Positions 18,426-26,810 of a DNA stretch of 40,408 bases are shown in pieces; position 1 is the stretch's first letter; each line of letters starts with the position of its first letter. This DNA is from a virus (Duplodnaviria > Caudoviricetes). The stretch is taken from the IMG/VR virus record IMGVR_UViG_3300032280_000539, positions 1-40,408 of that record; one strand, 5' to 3'. The notes beneath the pieces were generated by a model. It saw only the letters and a program-made list of their open reading frames with translations, searched no databases and was not told where the DNA came from. The translations under genes were made by a program, and so were the position numbers.

Positions 18426-18900
18426 TACCAATGGCAGTAATCATTCGTGAACTTACAGAGTGCTACAAGTGTGACACGCGGATTATGGCGGAGCGTGGAA
18501 TTGTCCACCCGCTGTGCGGTGAGTGTCAAGAAAGTTTTGACGCTTGGTTTGCTAGGCAGATAGCGGAGATAGATAGTGTTCGCAAAGCCTAGAACTATTA
18601 CGCTAGACAACAGGACTAGAAGGCGCATAGTCGAAATGGTTGCGGTAAGTCGGTTGATGCTTCAACACCGAAACTACAAACTTGGACTGGTCGCCACAAT
18701 TTTCTATGGGCTAACCATTGGTGTTGGCTACTTGCTGGTAATGGGAATACTCAAGGCTGGGTGGTTTGCCCTAGCTACCCCGCTGTTGTTGGTTGCGGTG
18801 GTTTCTTGGCTAGTCGCTAGGTGGATTACTAAAGTTGAAATGGTCAAGCCACTCAAACTTTCTATAGTGCCGTAATTTTCAAACACGGTTTTTTTGACTG

Positions 18901-18991
18901 CGTGCTTTGAATTTTTTAGTTTAAAAATTTACCTGCTCGCAAAAAATCCACTCGTGCTTTTAAAAATTTGATTTGAAAATTTATCTGCTCG
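18901..18991 (+). repeat. AT-rich imperfect direct repeat, 2 x 39 bp at 52-bp period
   Basis: CGTGCTTT...AAAATTTA(C/T)CTGCTCG at 18901-18939 and 18953-18991. Confidence 0.75.
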
Positions 18992-19133
18992 TCAATTTTT
19001 TAGTGGCGCTTCTAAGTAGATAGTTATTTTTTCTGACAATTTGTAGTTAGGTTTCTTGCGTTGCTATTTAATCCTGAGTGTGCTAAGCTGGTGGAACCAG
19101 CCCGAGGTGGGTTGAAAGTCCAAGGGGGACAAA

Positions 19134-19640
19134 ATGTCTGTATCATTTTCGCCAGCGTTCGTAGAGGGCGTAGCCGTTCCATCTGTAGTTGTTTGCGGTT
19201 GTGGCAACTTCCGCTCCGAAGATTTCCCTAGCTACGCGGTGGCTTACCTAGCCCTACCCGCGATCACCTCAGACTGCGGTGATCTTTACTGCGTTGACAC
19301 CAAGTTTATCGAACCTGCCGTTTCCGAGCCTGAGGTCAATGTGTCCAACATCACCGCTGTAGAGCTTTTGGACAACCTTGGCATTCTTGTAGATGAGGAC
19401 TTTTCTGAGCGTTGCTTGGGGTCTATCTCTGCCACCGACCTAAAGGGTCGTGTCCTTATGGCACTTGCTCTACTTCCAGAGGATGAGGGTATGCCAGCAC
19501 ATCAAGCAGGCAACACTATGTTTGGGCTACAAGTTTGGACTGCTCCACGCCCAGCAGGGCACACCCAGAATGTTCTTCACCGACTTCTTGAGGTTGCGGA
19601 GTTCGCTCTAGCTCAAGGGCGTGATGTTGATTGGGGCTAA
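19134..19640 (+). CDS. Hypothetical protein
   Basis: AAGGGGG SD; EVNVSN..A..LL..LG. Confidence 0.75.
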   Translation: MSVSFSPAFVEGVAVPSVVVCGCGNFRSEDFPSYAVAYLALPAITSDCGDLYCVDTKFIEPAVSEPEVNVSNITAVELLDNLGILVDEDFSERCLGSISATDLKGRVLMALALLPEDEGMPAHQAGNTMFGLQVWTAPRPAGHTQNVLHRLLEVAEFALAQGRDVDWG

Positions 19641-19813
19641 GCCTCAGCTAGATCCATTCTTTTCATAGCTCATAAAAAGTTTTCAGCTCAGCCGGAGCCG
19701 ATAGTTATTTTTTCTGTAAGTTGTAGCAACACCGAGAATGAACTTGCGTGATTCTCAGAACTAGAGTAAGCTAGCCGTAGCTAGCCAGAGTGGTTAGCAG
19801 AAAAGGGAAGAAA

Positions 19814-20164
19814 ATGTCAGTAGCAACCAAGGCGCAGGTCGCCACCAGGGCAACAAAGGCAACAAAGATTACCGTTGAGCAGGTCAAGCAGTTGATCGAA
19901 GTTCGTGCGGAGATTACCCGTCTAGAAGCTTTGAAGTCTGAATTGACCAAAAAGGTCGAAGCAGTTTTCGGAGTGGACAAGGACAACAAGGTTTCGGAGT
20001 TCGATACCTTGACCCACCACAACATTGAGTTCGCCAAGTTGGACTGGATCTCACGCAAAGGCGTTGACACCGAGAAACTAGCTAGGGATTTCCCGGAAGC
20101 TTACGAAGCTTGTTTCGACCCACAGCACACCACTTACAGCGTTGTGCGGGCGTTGTTCAAGTAA
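19814..20164 (+). CDS. Coiled-coil protein, close paralog of 12743 (start revised from 19790)
   Basis: VEQVKQLIEVRAEITRLE...FGVDK...LARDFPEAYEAC...LFK. Confidence 0.8.
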   Translation: MSVATKAQVATRATKATKITVEQVKQLIEVRAEITRLEALKSELTKKVEAVFGVDKDNKVSEFDTLTHHNIEFAKLDWISRKGVDTEKLARDFPEAYEACFDPQHTTYSVVRALFK

Positions 20165-20293
20165 GCCACCAAGCGAAAGCCCCAGCCCGGGAGGGTTGGG
20201 GTTTTTCTTTTTGCGGGCGGTTGGTTGCGGTAGTTATTTTTTCTGTGGGTTTGAAAAAACTTTTCCTGATCGCTTGTGTTTTTTGGGTGGGTG

Positions 20294-20775
20294 TGCTAAG
20301 CTGATTGTATCAGCCAAAGGGTTGATAAAAGTCCTAGACTGAGTGCTAGGCGAATAGGGGAAACCAATGCGCAACTACTACTACACGGCCTGGGAATCTA
20401 AGGAAGACCGAATTGCTAGGGGCTGGGACAAGCCAAGCATAAATGGCTGGGTTCAGGCACAGAGCATTGACCAAGCCGAAGCGATCATTCGCAGTCACGG
20501 GTTTGTTCGAGACGCGATCACTTTCTACACCAAAGCTCAGAGAAAGAATTTCCGCAGCTACCTTAAGGATCGACCTGGAACACTGATCTAGCTCGGATCA
20601 AAATCTCCCTGGCCCTGGCTCGGGGCTGGGGATTTTTTTGATCCCGCTTGATAGTTATTTTTTCTGAGAGTTTGAAAATTTTTTTGCGGATCGCTTGTAT
20701 TTGTCGGGTAGGTTTGCTAAGCTGATTGTATCAGCCAAAGGGTTGATAAAAGTCCTAGACTGAGTGCTAGGCGAA
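20294..20775 (+). repeat. Identical 61-bp -10/leader duplication
   Basis: TGCTAAGCTGATTGTATCAGCC...GCTAGGCGAA at 20294-20354 and 20715-20775. Confidence 0.9.
20367..20591 (+). CDS. Hypothetical protein
   Basis: Cassette gene. Confidence 0.7.
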   Translation: MRNYYYTAWESKEDRIARGWDKPSINGWVQAQSIDQAEAIIRSHGFVRDAITFYTKAQRKNFRSYLKDRPGTLI

Positions 20776-20787
20776 AAGGGGTTACAA

Positions 20788-21039
20788 ATGTTTGAGATCT
20801 CAAGCACCGCTGCCGGACACCTAGTTGTCCGCAACCTAGAGTCCACCAATGGGCTTGTTGCCACCCACTACAACGCAGATACCGACATCCGCAGCGTTTT
20901 GGCTGCATCCACCAACAACTGGAACCTAACGGGCGATCAGGAACTCCAACTACTCAATGCCCTAGCCAGTTTCTTCGGGGTCAGACTTACCCTAGGAGAT
21001 ACCGCTAGGTCGTTAGGCTATCCCGCCCTAGTGGACTAG
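20788..21039 (+). CDS. Hypothetical protein (start revised from 20764)
   Basis: AAAAGGGG SD before ATG 20788. Confidence 0.7.
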   Translation: MFEISSTAAGHLVVRNLESTNGLVATHYNADTDIRSVLAASTNNWNLTGDQELQLLNALASFFGVRLTLGDTARSLGYPALVD

Positions 21040-21203
21040 GTATGATCAGGAAAGCCCCGCCTAGTGCGGGGTTTTTCTTTTGCTGCCGTTTGATAGTTAT
21101 TTTTTCTTTGGGTTTAGGTAAGTTGTCACGGTGAATTGTATTTTTGTGGTGGAGTGTGTTATGCTGAATACATCAGCAAGGAGCTGAGAGATCGAAGGGG
21201 AAG

Positions 21204-21452
21204 ATGTCCGAAATCAAGTGGACAAGAGTAAATGACGGTATCAGACTTAGTTATGTTGGATCTAATGGAGCGGTGATTGTCCGAAGGCAAATAGGATCAA
21301 AACTTTATCACGGCAGAGATCGCCAATACGCCAAAAGCTATTATTACCGTCTAAACAACAGCTCATACTACAGCTTGAAAGATGCCAAGCAAGCCGCCGA
21401 GGATGAGGCTGCAGGAGTTGTGCGGGTATCTATGTTCACCAAGCGCAGCTGA
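21204..21452 (+). CDS. Basic hypothetical protein
   Basis: Cassette gene; SLKDAKQAAE. Confidence 0.7.
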   Translation: MSEIKWTRVNDGIRLSYVGSNGAVIVRRQIGSKLYHGRDRQYAKSYYYRLNNSSYYSLKDAKQAAEDEAAGVVRVSMFTKRS

Positions 21453-21639
21453 GAGATCGCTTTACAGCTCCCTAGCACGGCTAGGGAGTTTCGCTTTTGT
21501 GCGGGGTAAAGAGTGGTGTAGTTATTTTTTCTGCAGGCTGTGGGAACTTTATGCGGGTAGTTGTATTTTTCTTCTTGTTGTGCTATGCTGATTACATCAG
21601 CAAAGAGCTGATACCTAAAACTCAAAAGGGGATGTTCAA

Positions 21640-21840
21640 ATGAACACATCAGTTATCACTAACGAGCTAACTCTCATCTACTCAGAGATGAAGGATGCCG
21701 AAGGGGGCATGTTCACCTACAAGATAGTAAGAACTTTCACGGATGAAAGTTCCGAAAGCGAGTGGATCACCAAGATGACAAAGCAGGCGGAAAATGTCCC
21801 CGAAGACTGGGGGCTCTGCTACTCGTTCAAAAGGGTATAG
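21640..21840 (+). CDS. Hypothetical protein
   Basis: Cassette gene with AAAAGGGG SD. Confidence 0.65.
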   Translation: MNTSVITNELTLIYSEMKDAEGGMFTYKIVRTFTDESSESEWITKMTKQAENVPEDWGLCYSFKRV

Positions 21841-21993
21841 CTCCCGACAGAAACCCCGTCAGAAATGGCGGGGTTTTTGTTTTTCGACACGCCGATAAAA
21901 AGTTTTCAAATTGACTTGACAAAGTCTGCGGTTATGTGATAAGCTGATTCCATCAGCAGATAGCTGACAGACAAAAAACGAAGGGGCAACAAA

Positions 21994-22137
21994 ATGAAGG
22001 TAACAGTTCTAAAGAATGGTCAGACCACCGACTACTACTTCGATCCAGAGCACTACCAAACAGCTTTCAGCTCATACACCGAGATGGCAAAGTCTGGAGA
22101 GATTGACAGCTTCAGCATTACCGTAATGAGCAAGTAG
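21994..22137 (+). CDS. 47-aa protein MKVTVLKNGQ... (not in ORF track)
   Basis: TTGACA promoter, hairpin leader, GAAGGGG SD, terminator after. Confidence 0.7.
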   Translation: MKVTVLKNGQTTDYYFDPEHYQTAFSSYTEMAKSGEIDSFSITVMSK

Positions 22138-22321
22138 CTCAGACAAAGATTGCCTCCCGCTTCGGCGGGGGGTTTTCTTTTTGCGGGGAAGTTTTTTGGA
22201 AGTCTCAGAAAAAATAACTATCAGCTCCCGACACGCTCACGGGTTTAGTTGCGAATTATTTGGTTGGTCTGTTATGCTGGCATAGCCAGCTCCAAGGGGG
22301 AGTGGCAGAAGGGGTTTCAAA

Positions 22322-22783
22322 ATGTCCACCATCACCACCGCTCAGCTAGGCTACATCGCCAAGCTAAACCAACAGCTAGCCGACCTAGGCATTAGCTCCA
22401 AGGTTGCTCCATCAGCAACCGCAACCATCACCGATGGCTCCCGTGCTATTGAGGAGCTAAAGGAGCTAGTTGCTAAAGCTCGCACTACTTCACGCCCCCA
22501 GCTAGTCACCGAAGGCGTTTACCGCCGTTCTGCCGATGGCTTGATGTTTCGGGTTCAGCTGTCTGAGAAGGGCAACAGCTACGCCAAAACCCTTTTGCCT
22601 TCTGGCGGCTGGGGATATGAGAAGGGTGCTATCTACACCTTGAAGCAAGAGGAACGACTATCCCTAGCCCAGCTAGAGGAGTGGGGTCTATCCACGGGTG
22701 TTTGTGCTCTATGTAGCCGCCTACTATCCACCGCTGAGAGTGTAGCTAGGGGTATCGGCCCAATCTGTGCCAAGCGTTACTAA
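22322..22783 (+). CDS. DUF6011-like Zn-finger protein
   Basis: CALCSRLLSTAESVARGIGPICAKR. Confidence 0.75.
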   Translation: MSTITTAQLGYIAKLNQQLADLGISSKVAPSATATITDGSRAIEELKELVAKARTTSRPQLVTEGVYRRSADGLMFRVQLSEKGNSYAKTLLPSGGWGYEKGAIYTLKQEERLSLAQLEEWGLSTGVCALCSRLLSTAESVARGIGPICAKRY

Positions 22784-23334
22784 GTGATACCGCTGAACCC
22801 CCTAGGCAACCCCTAGGGGGTTCTGCCGTTCTGCCGTTAGTTTGTGGGAGCTGTTGGTCGTCAAGTGTCAAGGTGTTCGCCTAATCCACCTAGTCCCCTT
22901 AGCTCCCCCTTGAGCTGGAACACCTATTAGCCCTAGCCAGCTGTCCAAGCTCTAGCCCCTAGCTCTTAGCTCTTAGACCTAGGCATAGACCCTAGTTAGG
23001 TGCAGACCTTGACTAGACCCTAAGCTTTTGCCGTTAGGTATTTACGCCAGCTAGATGCCCCACTTCCACCCTAGACCGCCTAGAAGGCCCCTAGGAGCTT
23101 TAGATAGTCAAAAGCATAAGATTCCCCCCGATTGGGTTTTGGAAGCCTTAGAAGTCAATGTAGAGCTCCTAGGATTGGTATAGTCAGCTAGAGTTAGGTG
23201 AACCTTGGATTGCTAGCGTTGCTGATTGCTGGGGGTGAGAGTTTCTTTTAGGTTGCCACTTGCCCATCCCCTAGGGATAGCCAAGGCCCCCCTAGCAACA
23301 AGTGAGAAATTTTTAGCACTATCGGCGTGTCGGC

Positions 23335-23363
23335 TTGACTTTTGGAAAAGTAGGTGCTAGAGT
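23335..23363 (+). promoter_or_regulatory. sigma70/SigA-type promoter in non-coding region
   Basis: TTGACT-N17-TAGAGT with extended TG, preceded by CGGCGTGTC. Confidence 0.7.
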
Positions 23364-23603
23364 AGGGACATGCCCGCAGGACTTGGAAACAAATTGGGCG
23401 AAGCCCAAAACTAACCGCTGCCCTCTCACCCGTCAAAAGCAGTTAGCGTTAAGGTACTAAACTGCCGTCTCCGTACACCCCCCCCTCTTTCCAAAATTCC
23501 CCCTACCCCCCTTCTTTTTTCGCCCCTAAAAATTTGGAAAAAATTTTTAAAAAAATATTCGTCCCAACTTGATAAACGCCCCTATTGCACGTATGCTACT
23601 TCC

Positions 23604-24101
23604 ATGGAAACTACACCCTACGAAACGTCTACTGGATTTTATGCCAGTAAGATCGCCATGAGCTCTCTCGACGACACATGGGCAACCCCTCGGGACTACT
23701 ACAAAAAAGTGGCTCAGGAGTTTAATTTCAAGCTAGACGCCGCGGCCCTACAGTCCTCCACTCTCGTTGAGGATAATTGGTACGGCCCTGATCATCCGGA
23801 CAGCTCCCGCCAAGACGCTTTCCTAATGGACTGGTCTAAAGACTCCGAGGGTGGAGTAGTTTGGCTAAACCCACCGTACGGAAAGACAATCAAACAGTGG
23901 ATGAAAAAAGCTTATGATGAAGCAAAAAAGGGAGCCACTGTTGTGTGCCTAGTGCCTTCTAGAACCGACACTGCTTGGTTCCACGAGTACTGCATCGACC
24001 ACGAAGTTCGCTTCATCCGCGGGCGTCTAAAGTTTGGTGCTGCCGTCAATGCTGCCCCTTTTCCTAGTGCTCTGGTAATAATGAGACCATCTATAGGTTA
24101 A
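23604..24101 (+). CDS. Phage DNA N6-adenine methyltransferase (Dam family)
   Basis: WATP, F.LDAA, WLNPPYG, VPSRTDT.WF, RGRLKFG, APFPS. Confidence 0.9.
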   Translation: METTPYETSTGFYASKIAMSSLDDTWATPRDYYKKVAQEFNFKLDAAALQSSTLVEDNWYGPDHPDSSRQDAFLMDWSKDSEGGVVWLNPPYGKTIKQWMKKAYDEAKKGATVVCLVPSRTDTAWFHEYCIDHEVRFIRGRLKFGAAVNAAPFPSALVIMRPSIG

Positions 24102-24110
24102 AATAGAACA

Positions 24111-24599
24111 ATGTCTCGACGATCAGCACGTGGACAGCAGCTTCCGCCTCACGAGGTGGAGCTCCTGAACACCCTCCAGGGAGAACAGCTCTTTGAGCGC
24201 ACCGCTGCGCTATATAACGCAGGCTGGCCGCTCCAGGCCATGGGAGATGCGCTTCTTCCAAAGCACCCAAGGTCTACCGTCCGCGTTTGGGTTCAACGCG
24301 CCAAGGGCCTCAACGCAATAGACGCCCCTATTCCACTACCTAAGACAGCACCACTGCTGCCAAAGGTGAAATCAGACTCTCCAGGGATCCCTCAGGATAC
24401 CCTTGAGATTATCCAAGACCTTGCGCCACTAGCGCGCAGGTTCCGGAGCCGTATGGCAACCACGGCAGCACAAGCTGTGGCCAATGACCGTCTCACGGGG
24501 ATCTGCATCACCCTGTACAAGAATGGCGTCTCCATCAAGGAGCTAGCTGAGGCGGCGGGAGTTACCTACAGAGCTATGTATAAGAGGATCAAACTCTAG
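24111..24599 (+). CDS. HTH DNA-binding protein
   Basis: GVSIKELAEAAGVTYRAMYKR; second HTH-like segment near N-terminus. Confidence 0.7.
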   Translation: MSRRSARGQQLPPHEVELLNTLQGEQLFERTAALYNAGWPLQAMGDALLPKHPRSTVRVWVQRAKGLNAIDAPIPLPKTAPLLPKVKSDSPGIPQDTLEIIQDLAPLARRFRSRMATTAAQAVANDRLTGICITLYKNGVSIKELAEAAGVTYRAMYKRIKL

Positions 24600-24689
24600 C
24601 TCGATTTGACAACAAAATAAACGCGCCTATAAGATTGGCGCACTCAAAACTAAATAAGACCAAGTACTAACGCAAGGAAAGGTAGGTCG

Positions 24690-25334
24690 ATGTTAGCAAA
24701 CACCAAACACACAAAAGATAGGATGGTTTTCTCCATCCTTTCAACGCTACTGTTCGTAACAGCGTCCAGCGCAATTTACGACACCCCCTCTGCAACTGCA
24801 GAGAACCGGATCCAGGAAACTAAAGTAGTTACCTACGTAGTCCCAGTACCACGCACCACCCTGCTTGATGAAGCCTCCACGATTGACAAGTTCAATAAGA
24901 AGATCGACGGACTCAAAGGCATCATCACCAAGAAAGACCAAGCGCTCACCGATTTGAGAGAGACTTACGTTTCGACCGATCAGGCGCTTATCAAGCTGAA
25001 GTCGTTCGTTGGGAAATCCCCATACGGCTTCGGAGACACCCCCGCCCGATGGGATTGTTCGGGCCTAACCCTCTGGTACTATGAGAAGTACAGAGGCATC
25101 ACACTCCACCACTCGGCTACGGCCCAGATGCGCGGAGGCAAAATCGTAGACGCCCCTATTCCTGGAGACATCGTCGCCTTTAGCTATGGAAATTCTAGCT
25201 CGGCATTCCATGTGGGAATCTACGTTGGTAGTGATATGTTTATTCACGCCAAGAACTACAGCGCCGACACAGTTCTAGAAACTGTCTCTGGTTTTGCTAA
25301 GAACAATATCAAGGTTGCATATATCCGCTACTAG
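24690..25334 (+). CDS. Secreted NlpC/P60 peptidoglycan endopeptidase
   Basis: Signal-like N-terminus; PY.FG, DCSG, PGD, HVGIY, IHA. Confidence 0.88.
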   Translation: MLANTKHTKDRMVFSILSTLLFVTASSAIYDTPSATAENRIQETKVVTYVVPVPRTTLLDEASTIDKFNKKIDGLKGIITKKDQALTDLRETYVSTDQALIKLKSFVGKSPYGFGDTPARWDCSGLTLWYYEKYRGITLHHSATAQMRGGKIVDAPIPGDIVAFSYGNSSSAFHVGIYVGSDMFIHAKNYSADTVLETVSGFAKNNIKVAYIRY

Positions 25335-25349
25335 TGCTAAGCTAGTTGC

Positions 25350-25544
25350 ATGATTGAAAACATTGCACCCACAATCGCGTGGATAGTGGCGGTCACCGCT
25401 TTGGTTGGCCCCACTATCTACCGGTTAATTAAGCGGGCTTACCGCCACTACCGCATCCGCCAACACAAGAAGAGACTACCCGGTCCTCTTCTCGGTGTTG
25501 TATACCCATTCCCTTCCGATCCTAGAGAGGACACCGATCAGTAA
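25350..25544 (+). CDS. Small membrane protein
   Basis: One TM segment plus basic tail; leaderless TAAGCT-N6-ATG. Confidence 0.65.
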   Translation: MIENIAPTIAWIVAVTALVGPTIYRLIKRAYRHYRIRQHKKRLPGPLLGVVYPFPSDPREDTDQ

Positions 25545-25729
25545 TGAAGCTCTACCTTTTCCTACGTTCCATCGTCTGGACTTCCGTTCTCGCTCTTGCA
25601 GTCTCTGTTGCTGCACTAATAGCGGCGTTTGTTGCAGCGCCCCTGACCCTAACTATTCCACTAGGTCTCGCCGCAATCACCCTCGCCATCCTCTCGCCAC
25701 GTTCCGACGGGACGGGATCTAACTACTAA
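25544..25729 (+). CDS. Small membrane protein (2 TM)
   Basis: Hydrophobic; TAATG coupling. Confidence 0.65.
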   Translation: MKLYLFLRSIVWTSVLALAVSVAALIAAFVAAPLTLTIPLGLAAITLAILSPRSDGTGSNY

Positions 25730-25890
25730 TGGATGTTCTAATTGCCACTTTTCTGATCATTTTGGGCTCTTTTTTGTTCCTAATTCTGGTTTTAATCGGC
25801 ATCGGGACCATCCTCATCTTCACAGGTCCACCAGATTTGCACGATGTTGATATTAACCCCCACGCAGAAAGAAAACCTAAGAAAAAATGA
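25729..25890 (+). CDS. Small membrane protein (53 aa; not in ORF track)
   Basis: TAATG coupling; MDVLIATFLIILGSFLFLILVLIGIG...KPKKK. Confidence 0.6.
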   Translation: MDVLIATFLIILGSFLFLILVLIGIGTILIFTGPPDLHDVDINPHAERKPKKK

Positions 25891-26174
25891 CAAAACGAAC
25901 CCTAACCGTAAAAACCTACGAGGATTTTTTGGAAAACATCCCTACAAGCGGCCTATTTGAGATGACGGACTGCGCTGTAGAGATTTGGTGCCCAGAATTT
26001 GCCCAAGCTGATGAAATTCAGAAAATGGTCATCCTTCTAGAGTCCATGGTTCACCTTACAGATGTAAAAATTAGCTCAGACGTTGAAAATTTACTGTCTG
26101 ACGACTATCGAATTGTTCTTATCGAAGACTCCGTGACTTTAGGTAGGACAAAGAACCCCCGAGGAAAGAAATAA
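25887..26174 (+). CDS. Hypothetical protein
   Basis: ATGA overlap in operon. Confidence 0.65.
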   Translation: MTKRTLTVKTYEDFLENIPTSGLFEMTDCAVEIWCPEFAQADEIQKMVILLESMVHLTDVKISSDVENLLSDDYRIVLIEDSVTLGRTKNPRGKK

Positions 26175-26791
26175 TGACTGACAATACGAACTACATCAAG
26201 AAAAATCAGGCTCTCCCCGAGGATATTCGCGCCGCCTTTCAGACAATCTCTGATAATGCAAAGCGCGACTACCTGATTAAGGCTCTGGCAGATGCAAATT
26301 GGACCTACGAGGCGATTTCAAACGCCAGCGGACTAACCCGCGAGCGTATTCGCCAGATTGCAAACGCTTCTGCCGCACTAGCCAAGGAGTTTGACTACGA
26401 CCTCGGCATTGATATCCCTGCCCCACCGCTAAAGCCGCAAAAAACAAAGCCTTCTTACGTTGAGCCGAACCCAGATACCCTCAAACGACTACTGGAACTG
26501 CAGCCTTACGCCCAGCAGGTTCGCTCTAACGGCAAGAAGTATCGTGAAGAGGCCGAGGAATATACCAAGCTACTTGACTACGCCCACACGGTTGAGGGAG
26601 TTACCCTTTACCGACTGGCTAAGCGTCTTGGCGTAACTCACGGTGCTCTGCGCTTCCGCTTGGTTCGCTACGGATACAAGAAGCCAGTTACTGCAACCAG
26701 CAAGGTTTACAAGCCAATCTCCAAGAAGAATAGATTGGTTAACCACTGGCCGGAACTTTCCGAGACCGAAAACAAATATACAGATAAGTAA
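26174..26791 (+). CDS. Double-HTH protein (sigma region-4-like motif)
   Basis: TYEAISNASGLTRERIRQI; GVTLYRLAKRLGVTH. Confidence 0.75.
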   Translation: MTDNTNYIKKNQALPEDIRAAFQTISDNAKRDYLIKALADANWTYEAISNASGLTRERIRQIANASAALAKEFDYDLGIDIPAPPLKPQKTKPSYVEPNPDTLKRLLELQPYAQQVRSNGKKYREEAEEYTKLLDYAHTVEGVTLYRLAKRLGVTHGALRFRLVRYGYKKPVTATSKVYKPISKKNRLVNHWPELSETENKYTDK

Positions 26792-26810
26792 CCCGGAAGA
26801 GGATAAGTAA

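Larger units (their letters stand above)
4718..22220 (+). repeat. Dispersed intergenic 15-mer TAGTTATTTTTTCTG, 25 copies
   Basis: + strand starts: 4718, 4735, 5412, 9531, 10059, 10897, 12227, 12607, 13155, 13597, 14123, 14610, 15275, 16103, 16611, 17159, 17519, 18084, 19021, 19702, 20231, 20652, 21094 (14/15), 21519; one inverted copy at 22206-22220. Confidence 0.97.
10011..22823 (+). terminator. Series of intrinsic terminators closing the cassettes
   Basis: GC hairpin plus T-run at about 10011-10044, 12561-12594, 13097-13126, 13541-13575, 14079-14114, 15231-15260, 16571-16600, 17464-17498, 20176-20212, 20600-20639, 21051-21081, 21851-21884, 22153-22182, 22795-22823. Confidence 0.85.

Noticed and set aside
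18257-18875. ORFs 18576..18875 (+) and 18257..18628 (-)
   Set aside because: No SD or clear leaderless promoter, mutual overlap and no recognisable motifs; left uncalled
4718-22220. 15-mer repeats as a CRISPR array
   Set aside because: Repeat too short, spacing is hundreds of bp and contains genes, and no cas genes are present
4718-22220. Classical integron attC cassettes
   Set aside because: No RYYYAAC...GTTRRRY inverted structure, no integrase in the window, and cassettes carry their own promoters
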